Positions 1 to 11,390 of a DNA stretch of 47,902 nucleotides are shown here, piece by piece (within the stretch, counting starts at the first letter, position 1; each line of letters starts with the position of its first letter). Source of the stretch: Octopus bimaculoides (lineage: Eukaryota). The stretch lies in assembly GCF_001194135.2 (NCBI RefSeq), contig NC_068991.1, forward strand, positions 6,812,783 to 6,860,684, written 5' to 3'. Position numbers and translations under genes: made by a program. The notes under the pieces are model-generated. The model ran no database searches. It worked only from the letters and a program-made list of their open reading frames with translations, and was not told the origin of the DNA.

Positions 1-382
1 CAACACCACCACCACCTCCACAGCAACAAAACTTCGACCACTACGACCATAGCTACAACCGCAACCACCAACAGCAACAACTACCACCACCACCACCACC
101 AACACCAACACCAACACCATCACAAACAGCAACAACAATAACACCACCACCACAATCATGAACGGCAGTACCATCACCGCCACCACCAACAATAACGGAT
201 CATCACCACTCCACATAACGACCATCACCACTCCACAACAACAGCCACTGCCAACATCATTACCATTATCCCCACCACCACTGCCGCTACCACCGCCGCC
301 ACCTTCGTCTCTCATCATTCACCTTAATTTAATTGCTCTTCAAAATTGGTTTCCTTCCTTTGCGAAATTCAATGCCACTCAC

Positions 383-434
<52 letters not shown>

Positions 435-663
435 GGGCGGCGACGGCGGCAGTGGTGGTGTAAGCGTGGTGGGGTGGGAGTCTCCCGTTGCTGTTTTCTT
501 TGCTTCTCTTTTCCCTCTGGTTAGGTGTCGAAGGGTTCACATTGAGGCAACCTTCTGCTGTATTCTTACTTTTCCTTTCCATTTCTTCTTCTTCTTCTTC
601 TTCTTCTTCTTCTTCTTCTTCTTCTTCTTCTTCTTCTTCTTCTTCTTCTTCTTCTTCTTCTTC
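1..663. repeat. Trinucleotide low-complexity block: (CAC/CAA)n, (GTA)n 383-432, (TTC)n 583-663
   Basis: Directly visible; explains the poly-T/P/V/S/F/E ORFs. Confidence 0.95.
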
Positions 664-804
664 TCCCTCTCTCGTCGTCTCCATTTTCTACCCAACAATG
701 AAATCAAAATGCTTAATCTTTGACGTCATTCTCCAGACTCTCTTAGTTTTCATTTTTATATCAGACATTCCTTGGTGTAAACAAGGAGAAAAGGATGTAT
801 GTAT

Positions 805-847
<43 letters not shown>

Positions 848-1390
848 CACACACATATATATTCACATATATATACACACACATATATATTCACATACAC
901 ACACATATATATACATACATATATATATATACATATATATAAATATATATATGTATGTATACATACATAGATATATATATACTTACATATATGTATATAT
1001 GCATACATACATACACATAANNNNNNNNNNNNNNNNNNNNNNNNNNNNNNNNNNNNNNNNNNNNNNNNNNNNACATATATATCATATAAAAGTATATTCA
1101 TGTGTGTGTACATAAATGTATATATGTATACATCTCTGTATACAAGTATATATATATGCACACACACACACATTGACACACATACACAAATTAAGCAGAC
1201 ACATGCACAAATGAGTATAATGTGGTGCGCGAGCGAGTTTCTGTGCGATAAAATCTGGGATAAAACTTTTCAAGTCAGTCAAAAGAACTTAAAGAGATTC
1301 AAATTGAAATGTGAATAATTGTCACCATCAGCATTCTCAGCATCAACATAACTGCTGTCGTCGTCATCATCATCGTCATCATCACCATCA

Positions 1391-1592
1391 TGGCAGAATT
1401 ATTAGCATACCGGCTAAAATGCACTGCAGCATTTCTTTCGACTTCACGATTTGAGTTCAAATTCCGCCGAGGTCGACTTTGCTTTTCATCCTTTCGCAGT
1501 CGATGGAATAAGTGCCAGCTAGGCACTGAGTTCGATGTAATCGACAATCCCTCTCCTGCCAAATTTCAGGCCTTGTGCCTTTAGCAGAAAGG

Positions 1593-1634
<42 letters not shown>
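1391..1634 (+). mobile_element. tRNA-derived SINE, family A, with (ATT)n tail
   Basis: TGGCAGAA..TTAGC head, B-box-like GAGTTCAAATTCC, shared body GAGGTCGACTTTGCTTTTCATCCTTT, tail GCCTTGTGCCT...GAAAGGATT followed by (TTA)n; many copies in the window. Confidence 0.85.
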
Positions 1635-2210
1635 TACTTTTAATCTGCATGTTTGTTACAATCACTTGCCGAGACACACCCAGCGCCCAAGGGTGAGTGA
1701 AGGATAAGAGATGTTACAGTATGACTGAAAGCTTGGGGAGGGGAAGTGGCAGGGGCAGTAGTGAAATGTAATACAACACACACATTTAAATTGATAGGGA
1801 TTTTCTAAAGATGTGGGCAGTACTTATCAGCACAATCTTTTGGATTTCTCTGAGACATGGTTCTCCTGGGATATTATTTAGATGTTTCTGACATCCCTTT
1901 TCATCATACCTAGGGCACCCACAATAACAGGAACAGTTCTTGCTTTAAGATGCCACACCTTTTGTATTTCAATTTCCAGGTCTTTATGTTTACTCAATTT
2001 GTCAAATTCCTTCACTGATATAACGGTTACATCAATTAGCTTACGAGTATTTTCTTCTTTGTTTTTAATGACTATGTCTGGTCGATTAGCCTGGATCGTT
2101 TTGTCGGTGTTGACTCGAAAATCCCAGAAGATAGTGACGTTTTTACCTTCAACGACTGGCTCAGGATGATGTTCAAACCAATAAGTCAGAGTGCTGATTT
2201 TCCAATGTAA
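1635..2210 (-). mobile_element. 5'-truncated, frameshifted R4/Dong-type non-LTR retrotransposon 3' end (restriction-like endonuclease domain plus 3' UTR)
   Basis: Minus-strand translation WFEHHPEPVVEGKNVTIFWDFRVNTDKTIQANRPDIVIKNK...LIDVTV...KLSKHKDLEIEIQKVW...VPVIVGALG, then a frameshift to EIQKIVLISTAHIFRKSLSI*. RPD...ID is the PD-(D/E)xK signature of RLE-type LINEs; the element ends in (TAA)n. Confidence 0.85.
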
Positions 2211-2701
2211 TCGAAGAAATCTGGGCTGTAATACCTAAGAAATCTGGGTTGTAATACCTAAGAAATCTGGGCTAACTCCTTATGTCAATGGATCTTGTCT
2301 GGGTCAAGAAATATAACAGCTTCAAACAACCTTTAGAGAAATTTAACAAAAGACAAGAAACGCTCTTTAAGTGTGGAAACAGGAAAAAATATATCCTCGA
2401 ACGCCGCTTCTACCTACAAAAAATAATAACCCTCAAGTAGTAAGACCTAGATTTGACACAATCACCTTGACAACAATTATAACAGAACTATTCACCAACA
2501 CGCCACGTTTACCAACAACGGATATACCACACCCCAATTACAAGAGGGGTGAACAGAACTCTATGCGCTGCTTATCTGTTAGCAACAAAATCTAAAATAT
2601 CTGTAATTTCACCAAGCTACTACGCCCAGCCAACTATTCAAGGCAAGAAAGCCAGCAAATTGACAAATATCTGTAAAAGCGCGCACGCGCGTGTGTGCGT
2701 G

Positions 2702-2765
<64 letters not shown>

Positions 2766-3967
2766 CTGAATGCACAGAAATCAACCAATTGGGATTTAGA
2801 GCAGCGCTGCAACTGCCGTATGTAAGACAATTTAAGTGGACCTGCAGCTCTTTTCAACTTCCTGCTCTCAACCATCAACAAACACGTAACTTTTACGAAG
2901 GGGACTTTCCGAATGATCTCGAACAATTTCATATAAATACACGCGAATCGGTTGTGCAGAAATATGCACAGTTAGTTGTTAGCGCCCTCTGAAGTCTAGT
3001 GAATATTCTGCTATATCACATAGAGACCCACATAGTTTGAAATCAAAATTATCAGATAGGCAACTGTTTGTGAATACACACCCAAACACGCGCACTCACT
3101 CACCACACACACACAGTTATATACATTCACATATAAATAATAATTAGCTATTGTACATATGTATATATATACACACACACACACATATATACGTATATAC
3201 ATAATTACATATATGTATATATATATGTATATGTATGTAAGTGTTTATATGCATACATACATGCACTATATACACAAGCACACACACATATATGATATGT
3301 TTTGCAATCATACATACGCACATTGTAATACAGATGCGTACAAACGTTTACAAATAGACAGACCTAACTGAAAACAGTCCGAGATAAGACACACCCACAC
3401 GCGAGTTATTTGTTCAGCACATCTGCAAGGAATTGCGTTCCAAAAATATCTTTTGTAATCTAATCAAGTACATCTTGAAACTTTAAAAACTTCTTGGCAT
3501 CTCTCTTTAGCTTTTGTTCTCCTCCTCTTCCTCTAACCACTACCCCTTTCTCTGTCTCTCTCTCTCTCTCTCCCCCTAGCTGGGTTTGCCTTCTCTTGCT
3601 TATCTCCCTTCCTACTCACGCTCTCTTATCATTATTTCTTCACCCATCCCCAGTTATTCATTACCCTTTCACTGTTCCTGTATCTTTCTCAACCACTTCT
3701 AACACTTTCTTTTGTTTCTCTCTCTCTTTTTTTATTTTTTTACACTTACGACCTTTTCACTATAGTCAAAACCATTTTACAGCCTAAATAGCCTTCAGCT
3801 TTTTCCCCTCAGGAATTTCCCCTGAAAAGCACTCCAACGCACTTTCGCCTTGAATCTTTCTCTTTCATAAGACAAGTTCACATTTGTCAATCATCCTAGC
3901 AAATATAATTCTTTTTACGGTAGGCACAAGGCCTAAGATTTGAGGGGAAAGAGCTGGTCGATGAGTG

Positions 3968-4259
3968 TTCCAGTTATTCCAGAACAGCCTGCTCGTGAAA
4001 TTAACATGCAAGTGGCTGAGCACTCCACAGACACGCATACCCTTAATGTAACTCTCAGGGAGATTCAGTGTGACACATCAAATGTGACAAGGCTGGTCCC
4101 CTTTGAATTACAGGTACAACTCATCTTCGTTAGCTGACTGGACTGGAACAACGTGAAATAAAGTGTCTTGCTCAAGCACACAATGCGTCGCCGGGAATTG
4201 AACACGTGATCTTACGGTCGTGAGCCGAACACCCTAACCACTAAGCTACGCGTCTTCAC
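3968..4259 (-). mobile_element. tRNA-derived SINE, family C (CORE-like central segment)
   Basis: Minus-strand head GTGAAGACGCGTAGCTTAGTGGTTAGGGTG..GTGTTCAATTCCCGG, then TGTGTGCTTGAGCAAGACACTTTATTTCAC; matches 47119-47400. Confidence 0.85.
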
Positions 4260-4467
4260 GGTAAAAAAACCCCAAAATGAAGCTAAGTTGCAGGAATTTG
4301 TAACTGAATCTGAGCCTTACTTTAGATTCTGGTCACAAAGAGTTTAGCATCTCACTTCGTAGTGCATCGATGATTGACAATTGCATAATTTAAGTCCTGA
4401 GGTCAGATTATTTTAAAATCTGTATTGTCTTCCATACTTCTCGAACGGATAAAATAAGTTCCAGTAA

Positions 4468-4688
4468 TACGAAGAGATGCTGAAAAGTTCCTGGCTTTGG
4501 GTAAAAGAAAATACAGGCGGGTCAGTTAATTATGATTTTATTCAACATATTCTCCTCTCAGATTCATACACTTATTGCAGCGGTCCTTCAGTTTTTCTAA
4601 GGCCTGTAAAAGAACTCGGAAGGTTGGGGCCCCCAACCAAGCCTTTCGCGACACCCTTAAAGCTAGGAATTGTACAGCGCCCCTCGTA
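4468..4688 (-). mobile_element. Mariner-derived MITE (221 bp)
   Basis: Imperfect ~30-bp TIRs (TACGAAGAGATGCTGAAAAGTTCCTGGCTT / AAGCTAGGAATTGTACAGCGCCCTCGTA) with TA termini. Internal minus-strand LQALEKLKDRCNKCMNLRGEYVE* matches a mariner transposase C-terminus. Confidence 0.8.
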
Positions 4689-5100
4689 TACCGTATTGTT
4701 GTATTTGCTTATGTTTCGCCTCCGACAAATGCGTGATCTTATGTTCATGGAGGGCGTGAGTATTTTTGTGTGGATGGAAGCTCAAGTGGAAATGATGGAG
4801 CTGTTTCAACAAACGTAATTCGATATCACAAGATTTGAAATGAAATATGTCCGGATACATCGAGAGAGAATGTTATTAAAAGGGCGTTGTCCCAAATAAG
4901 ATACAAATCTCTCTCTCTCTCCCTCCCTCTTCCTATATGTATGTGTGTGTGTGTATATACATATACATACATACGTATTTATACACACACGCACACACAC
5001 ATTTATCTCTGTGTCACTATCTCAAGTACTGTGTGCAGAAGATGTCCGGTTTCAATATCTAATTGATACCAATTCACTTCTTTGCACGTCTCTAATGAAC

Positions 5101-5260
5101 GAAGGCATAGCTGTGTGGTTAAGAAGTTCGCTTTGAAGTTGCATGGCTCTAGGTTCAGTCCCACAACGCGTCACATGGAACAAGTTCTTTTTCTAGTATA
5201 GCTTAAGGGTCAATTAGGGAAATTTGATTGAGGAAACAGAAACTGTGTGAAAGGCTGTCG
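5101..5260 (+). mobile_element. Degenerate SINE family B 5' half
   Basis: GGCATAGCTGTGTGGTTAAG...GGTTCAGTCCCAC...AGAAACTGTGTGAAAG. Confidence 0.65.
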
Positions 5261-5278
5261 GACTACGTTGGTAGACTT

Positions 5279-5434
5279 CAGTTGCTTAGCTGATCGGGGA
5301 TCTTCTCCGGGTGGCACTTATAGGAATGGAACTTTTGGGTGTGCTGTATAATCCTTTAAAGGCTTGAGGACCCGGAGAGAGAGTAGCAAACTCAACGGTC
5401 GTCCCGGGCAGCATACACTATAGCTACGCCACTG
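5279..5434. mobile_element. Short DNA-transposon MITE with CAGTGGCGTAGCT-type termini (probably hAT-related)
   Basis: Left end CAGTTGCTTAGCT, right end AGCTACGCCACTG; related copy at 22872-23040. Confidence 0.5.
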
Positions 5435-6564
5435 AAAGATTTAATCCATTCCCGAGTTAATTCCACTGCCTAATCCCTTGATTACCTTTAGCGGGGTACA
5501 TACAGCTGTAATCATTCGAGCCGAGATCCGATCTAAGGATATATTTCTCTTGGTTTCACTAATCACAACCATTGGAAAACATAATTGCTACTGCTTTTTC
5601 TCCTCAGACAAAGCGATAAAAAAGTCTCTCGGAAACACATGAAAATCACGAGTTTTTACTTTATTTCCTTTGGAATAAAAGACCTTTACATGAGTGCAAG
5701 AATGTAATTTACTAAGGGTTTGCAAACTCAGATCCATCCCAGGATATTCAAAGCGTTTTCATTATCCCTCAAGAATTCTAAGGGGTTCGCTCGCACCCCT
5801 TGCAATCTTTGTTCCTGGGCCTACGGACCTTTATGCTTAGTGAGAGAAAAAAACAAAAGCTCCATAGTTTAATGTTAGCGACTTGTGGAATCGAAATTAT
5901 GTTTAAAGAATGAAAGGCGTAGTCTAAATAACTTTGGTATTTGTCATCTCGTCGGTTTAGACGCATAACCAGCCAGAAAAAATTATTCCATTAAAGGCAT
6001 GGAATCCGAGGGTTGGGGTAAAATGTTTAATATTTTAATGTGCAAGCTAATTATTATTATATCATTAATATCAAATGATCATCATTAAATAACAAGTATT
6101 TTCGAGGCTAAACTTGTAATTTCAGTAATTGTACAAAATGAAAGAGCAACCAGTTGGCATACATAACATCGCTAGACTAAATGTTTTGCACTATTTCCGC
6201 TCGTTCGCCAACTATCTGAGATCAAATCCAGCCAAGATCGTCATCTCTTCTACCGATTCTTGTTCGGTTGCAAGTCGCAATCGTATACTTGGAGCCCTAA
6301 TGTACTGGGTATCATTCCGGCCAATTTGTTTTCGAGTGTAAATTAGCGCGTTGTCCCTATACCCTGCGCCGATTTGCCGAGGTGTCAATCATGGTTAGAA
6401 GGCGTGAGGCCCAGTGGTTCGGGTGCTGCACTCACGATCTCCAGATCGTAGTTTCCATTCTAGTTAAAGTTTTATGCAATTCCTAAATTCTTTCTTAATA
6501 ATCATGGTTCTTGTTCTCCTCCTCCTTCTCCTCCTTCTGCTTCTTCTTCTTCTTCCCAATCATA

Positions 6565-6885
6565 CGGTACTGGGTCGTGTCTCACTGTTGACACCTTGGG
6601 CAAGTGTCTTCTACTATAGCCTCGGGCCGACCAAACCCTTGTGAGTGGATTTGGTAGACGGAAACTGAAAGAAGCCCGTTGTATATATTCATGTGTGTGT
6701 ACGTGTGTTCGCAGGTGTGTGTGTGTTTGCGTCCGTGTTTGTCTGCTACCCGGCATTGGTGTGTTAACGTCCATGTAACTTACCTAAAAAAATAAGTACC
6801 AGGATCGATTCGTTCTACTAAGAATTCTTCAAGGCGCTGCCCCAACATGGCCGCAGTCTAATAACCGAACCAAGCAAAAAGGCAA
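6565..6885 (+). mobile_element. SINE family B (5' end eroded)
   Basis: CCTTGGGCAAGTGTCTTCTACTATAGCC...GGAAACTGAAAGAAGCCCG, internal (GT)n, tail CATGGCCGCAGTC. Confidence 0.85.
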
Positions 6886-7636
6886 AACGTAATGTAATAA
6901 ACAATATCTATAATATAAACCATTCCTGATTTTTCTTCTCGACCCTATTTTTTTTAGATTCTTAAAATAAACTGCCCTATATTAGGTTGTTAATGCAATC
7001 TCTGTTATGGCAGATTGTTGATATAACCTGTTTCATCCTGATGATGAGCAAAACCCATAGGGATATAAAAAGGCTTTACTGAATACACGTCTATTTATTT
7101 GAAGCAGTGTTTCTCAGTCTTCGGTAGCTCAAATGCTCTCTTTCACCCAATGGCGTTTTATAAACAGCAGATTCTTTTTTATCAAACAAGAAGCCAATTT
7201 TGCTCGGTGATTTACTGTCGTGTTCTTATACGATTCACTCCGCCTTGCACGTGCTTCCTTTTTCGATATTTACGTGGACCACTAACATCTCCTCCTTTAC
7301 CGAAGATTACACACTGTTGATTTTTTTTTTTTTTTTTTTTTTTTTTNNNNNNNNNNNNNNNNNNNNNNNNNNNNNNNNNNNNNNNNNNNNNNNNNNNNNN
7401 NNNNNNNNNNNNNNNNNNNNNNNNNNNNNNNNNNNNNNNNNNNNNNNNNNNNNNNNNNNNNNNNNNNNNNNNNNNNNNNNNNNNNNNNNNNNNNNNAGTC
7501 ACACGCATACACACACACAGTCACACGCATACACACACACAGTCACACGCATACATACACACATTCTTTTGTCCTGTTCTGTCCATGTCTTTTCTTAATG
7601 CGAACCCTCGTGGTTAATATATAAATTATTATTTAT

Positions 7637-7748
7637 AACGAGCTGGCAGAATCGTTAGCACGCCGCTCGAAATGCTTAGCGGTATTTCGCCCGCCTCTAC
7701 GTTCTAAGTTCAAATTCCACCGAAGTCGACTTTGCCTTTCATCCTTTG
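7637..7748 (+). mobile_element. SINE family A 5' half
   Basis: GAGCTGGCAGAATCGTTAGCACGCCG...AGTTCAAATTCC..GTCGACTTTGCCTTTCATCCTTT. Confidence 0.85.
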
Positions 7749-7878
7749 CTGTTGTTGTTTTTGTTGCTGTCGTTGCTGCTGCTGCTACTACTGATGCTCC
7801 TACTGTTGTTGTTGTTGTTGTTGTTGTTGCTACAGTGATGGTTATACTTCTTTTGCTTCTTTTTTTCTATTTTGAAGC

Positions 7879-8045
7879 CATGGGTGTGTAGTTAAAAAAA
7901 AACTCACTTTGCAATCACGGGTTTCGGGTTCAGTCCCACTGCACGGCATCTTGGGCATATCGCTTCTATTATAGCTCCGGGTCTACCAAAGCCTCGTGTC
8001 TGGATTTGATAGACGGCAAATGAAAGAAGCCCGTTGTATATAATA

Positions 8046-8095
<50 letters not shown>

Positions 8096-8310
8096 TTATG
8101 TATAAGTTTGCATACACACCCGCACCTCCAGCGCTTGACAACTGACGTTAGTTTGTTTGCATCCATGTAACATAGCGGTTCGGTAATAGAGACCGATAGA
8201 ATAAGTACCGTACTTTAAAACATACACTGGGGTCGTTTAGTTCGACAAAATCCCTACAAAGCAGTGCCCCAGCCTGGTCGCAGCCCAGTGACCAAAACAA
8301 ATGACAGATG
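7879..8310 (+). mobile_element. SINE family B, near full length, with internal (GT)n
   Basis: Head GGGTTCAGTCCCACTGC, body AAAGAAGCCCG, 3' half GACCGATAGAATAAGTAC...GTGCCCCAGC. Confidence 0.8.
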
Positions 8311-8685
8311 ATCGATCAGAGTCTGCATCAATCAATGAGTTTTTAAAGATAGTTGCGTGTGATTTGTAGGTAACTTAGTTGCTATACCTAACAGATCAAG
8401 CAATCAATTGCTCTTCCATGGGTTTGTTCTTCTTGAAGCTAAACTCACAAAGGAAGAGCCAAGCTTTAATCATTAAACTAATGAGTTTTTCTCCTCACTC
8501 TGGATTTAATTTTAATTAATTAAATATTTTGGCTTCTTACTTCGATGTATGTCAGCGCCAACTTTACAATTTGGCGTTTATAGGTTGCGCGTGTGCGGTG
8601 ACATCGAAATCGTTTCACATGAAATGTGAGGAAGAAACAGTCAAAGCAATAACCAGTTTATCTTCTCTAAAAGAACGGTTTTAGG

Positions 8686-8893
8686 TTTTGGCACGAGGCC
8701 AGCAATTTCGGAGGGATGGGGTAAGTCGATTATATTGACCCCAGGACTTGATAGATACTTTATTTTATCGATCCTGAAAGGGAGCAAGGAAAAGACGGTC
8801 TTTGCAGGATTTGAGCTTAGCATGTAAAGAACCGGAAAAAATGCCATTACACATTTTATCCGGTGGAGTGACGATTCTGGCAGCTCTCCGTTA
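8686..8893 (-). mobile_element. SINE family A (tail variant ...GCTGGCCTCGTGCCAAAA)
   Basis: Reverse complement of the family A consensus, diverged. Confidence 0.75.
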
Positions 8894-8943
8894 AAGATAA
8901 TAATAATCTTTTGTACTTTAGGTACAAAGCCTGGAATTTAGGT

Positions 8944-9071
8944 GAAGGGAGGGTCAGGTGATCATGTGGTGGAGGGAGGGTCAGGTGATCATGTGGTGGA
9001 GGGAGGGTCAGGTGAACATGTGGTGGAGGGAGGGTCAGGTGATCATATGGTGGAGGGAGGGTCAGGTGATC
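8944..9071. repeat. 27-bp G-rich minisatellite (GGAGGGAGGGTCAGGTGATCATGTGGT), ~4.7 copies
   Basis: Direct tandem copies visible with 0-2 mismatches. Confidence 0.9.
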
Positions 9072-9136
9072 CCAATGATCATATGATACTTTAGTATCGA
9101 TCCCTCCCCTACCCGAAAAAAAAAACNNNNNNNNNN

Positions 9137-9405
9137 AGAATGTAAAGACGGACGCAATGCCGTGCAGCTTTTGGTCCAGCGTGCTAACGATTCTACCAGC
9201 TCGCCGCCTTTATCTTCTCTGAAATAACGCAAAATCAGAAAGTCAGTTATCGACCCCAGTGATCAATTGACACTCAATCTATTGACCCTCAAAAGAAGAA
9301 AAACAAGTTCGACCTCGGCGGGATTTGAACCCAGAACGTAAACACAGACGAAATACCGCTCACCGTATGGTCCTGCGAGCTGACGATTCAACCAGTTCGC
9401 TGATT
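9137..9405 (-). mobile_element. Two adjacent family A SINE fragments
   Basis: Heads GTGCTAACGATTCTACCAGCTCGCCGCCTT (to 9210) and a diverged second copy at 9240-9405. Confidence 0.7.
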
Positions 9406-9779
9406 TTGCTGTCTTCTCTCAAATAACGCCAAATCACCAATTTAGCAAACTACGAACGACTTTACCGTCCTTTTATTTTGCCATTAAGACAGGGTTATAA
9501 GAGGAAAATTTGAAGGATTAATCTTCGTGCAGTTGAAGCCTCCTCTGGTAAAGAAACGCCAGTCTTGTTTCTTTCAAGAAAACATCATTGCCCCCATGTC
9601 CCCTTAATTGCGAGCAGGACCAGTGAAGTAGCTAAAGGGTGTGCCACTCGGAGCAGGCCTTTCAATTTCCGTCACCAATTCGAAATCGTTTCACCAACTC
9701 ACTTCGCTGTTAGTTGACAGTCGCACCGCCATAGCATAGCTCCTACAAGTCTGGTAGTATATTATAGAAATGGTGGGGA

Positions 9780-10258
9780 AGACTGGAAAGAAAAGGGAAG
9801 ATGAAAATGAAGAAAATGAGAAGAGGGAGAGAGAGGGAGAGAGGGAGAAGAGAGAGAAAGATAGAGAAGGAAAAAGAAATAGAGGAAGAGAAAGGAAGAG
9901 TGTGTATGTATGTGTGTGTACGTGTGTCGTGTGTATGTGTGTATGTGTGTGTGTCTGTGTGTGCATGTGTTTTATGTAGTGTGTTATGTGTGTGTATGTG
10001 TTTGCTTATATGTTTTGTGTGTATGCGTGCGTGTGTTGGAAGTGTGTATATGTATTGTATGCGAGTGTATGTGTGTATGTGTGTGCTGTGGGAGTATGTA
10101 GGGTGGAGGTTGCGTGTGCATGTGTGTGTGTGTGTGTTTGTGTATGTTGTGTGTGTGCATACGTGTGAGCATGTGTGTGCTCTGTGTGTATGTACATGTG
10201 CGTACGTGTGTTGCATGTGCATGCGTTTGTGTATGCATGAATACGTGCTGTGTGTGTG

Positions 10259-10290
<32 letters not shown>

Positions 10291-10365
10291 TACGTGTGTG
10301 TGTATGCATATGTGTCCGTATGTTATGTGTCTGTATGTTGTGTGTGCTCTGTGTGTGAGCGTGGT
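9780..10365. repeat. Purine-rich tract followed by a long imperfect (GT)n/(GTAT)n/(GCGT)n satellite
   Basis: Directly visible. Confidence 0.9.
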
Positions 10366-10985
10366 TTGCGTTGTTGCTAACATATACGGGAGTCTTAGTG
10401 AGATGAGATTGTCGTTATGTAGGTTTGTCTTGTTAGTCAACCACTGGGTAAACATTGAGCCTGGGGGTGACCTGCAGAAGAGGGGGAGGGGAACAGAAGA
10501 AACTAAAAGAGAAGGAGGGGGGGAACGAAGAGCGAATAAATAGCGGGGGGAAAGAGTGTGAGCAAAACATTCAACCCCCACCTCTGCTCTTTGTAATCTT
10601 TACACGCCAACCCCCACCGAGGCATACATTTTACAGCAACTGACTGCTCTAAATATGTTTGTACCCTACATAAATAAAAAAAAAACCCGCATATTTGAAG
10701 TTGCTAACACTTAGAGACTTACATGGACATGTTAGCAGTTTTGACGTATATTTCATATGAAGTCGAATATTATTACACAGACGCACATAAACAGAGACAG
10801 CACACACGGAAAGAGATGAGTGTGATGCGCATGCGCATGCACATGTGCAATACATATGTGCGCACACATGCGGGGACATGTGTACACCTGTACAATATGT
10901 AAATAAGATATAATTAATATATATGTGTATAAATCTATTTGCTTGCCAAAATAAACAGGAATGGATTCTCTTCTGTTTACTAACA

Positions 10986-11163
10986 GTCGGCATGGCTGCG
11001 TGGTAAGAATTTTGATTCCAAATCACGCAGTTTCGGGTTCAGTTCCAATGATTGACATTTGGGCAAGTGTCTTCTACTATAGCTTCGGGCCGATCTGAGA
11101 CTTTTGAGACGAATTAGTAGGCGGAAACTGAAAGAAGACCGTTATATATATGTGTGTGTGTGT
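10986..11163 (+). mobile_element. SINE family B 5' half
   Basis: GGCATGGCTGCGTGGTAAG...GGGTTCAGTTCC...TGGGCAAGTGTCTTCTACTATAGC...GGAAACTGAAAGAAG. Confidence 0.8.
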
Positions 11164-11219
11164 ATCTTAGTGTAAGAGTTAAGAACAGACTGTCCCACAT
11201 GATCATATTTAGAGCTCCG

Positions 11220-11390
11220 ATTGGTTATACGCTGCAGATTGGAGTGACAGAGTAAGATACAAATTCCGCCAATACCAACCAATCAGAGTAGAGGACGCAA
11301 CCGAGTCCAAATAGCGGCCAAAGGTTAGCTGTTATCTGCTACGTTCGGATGCCTATATATATAATAAAGAGGAGAGGGATTTCAATTGAC
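11220..11390 (+). promoter_or_regulatory. Promoter-like motif cluster: four CCAAT boxes, TATA and Inr-like TCAATT
   Basis: ATTGG at 11220 and 11238, CCAAT at 11269 and 11279 (two fit NF-Y AACCAATC[A/G]G), TATATATATAA at 11354-11364, TCAATT at 11382 (~30 nt downstream). Confidence 0.45.

Noticed and set aside
158-1318. ORFs rich in poly-V/S/F/E and HT/YI/CV repeats here and at 9691-10581, 14418-14653, 34989-35274, 44189-44650
   Set aside because: Translations of microsatellites; no coding signal.
5440-6400. Non-repetitive-looking segment with short ORFs (5778-5966, 6129-6341)
   Set aside because: No domain similarity recognised and frames contain stops.
8944-9071. CRISPR-like regular repeats (also 40450-40922)
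   Set aside because: No unique spacers between repeats, no cas genes, eukaryotic context.
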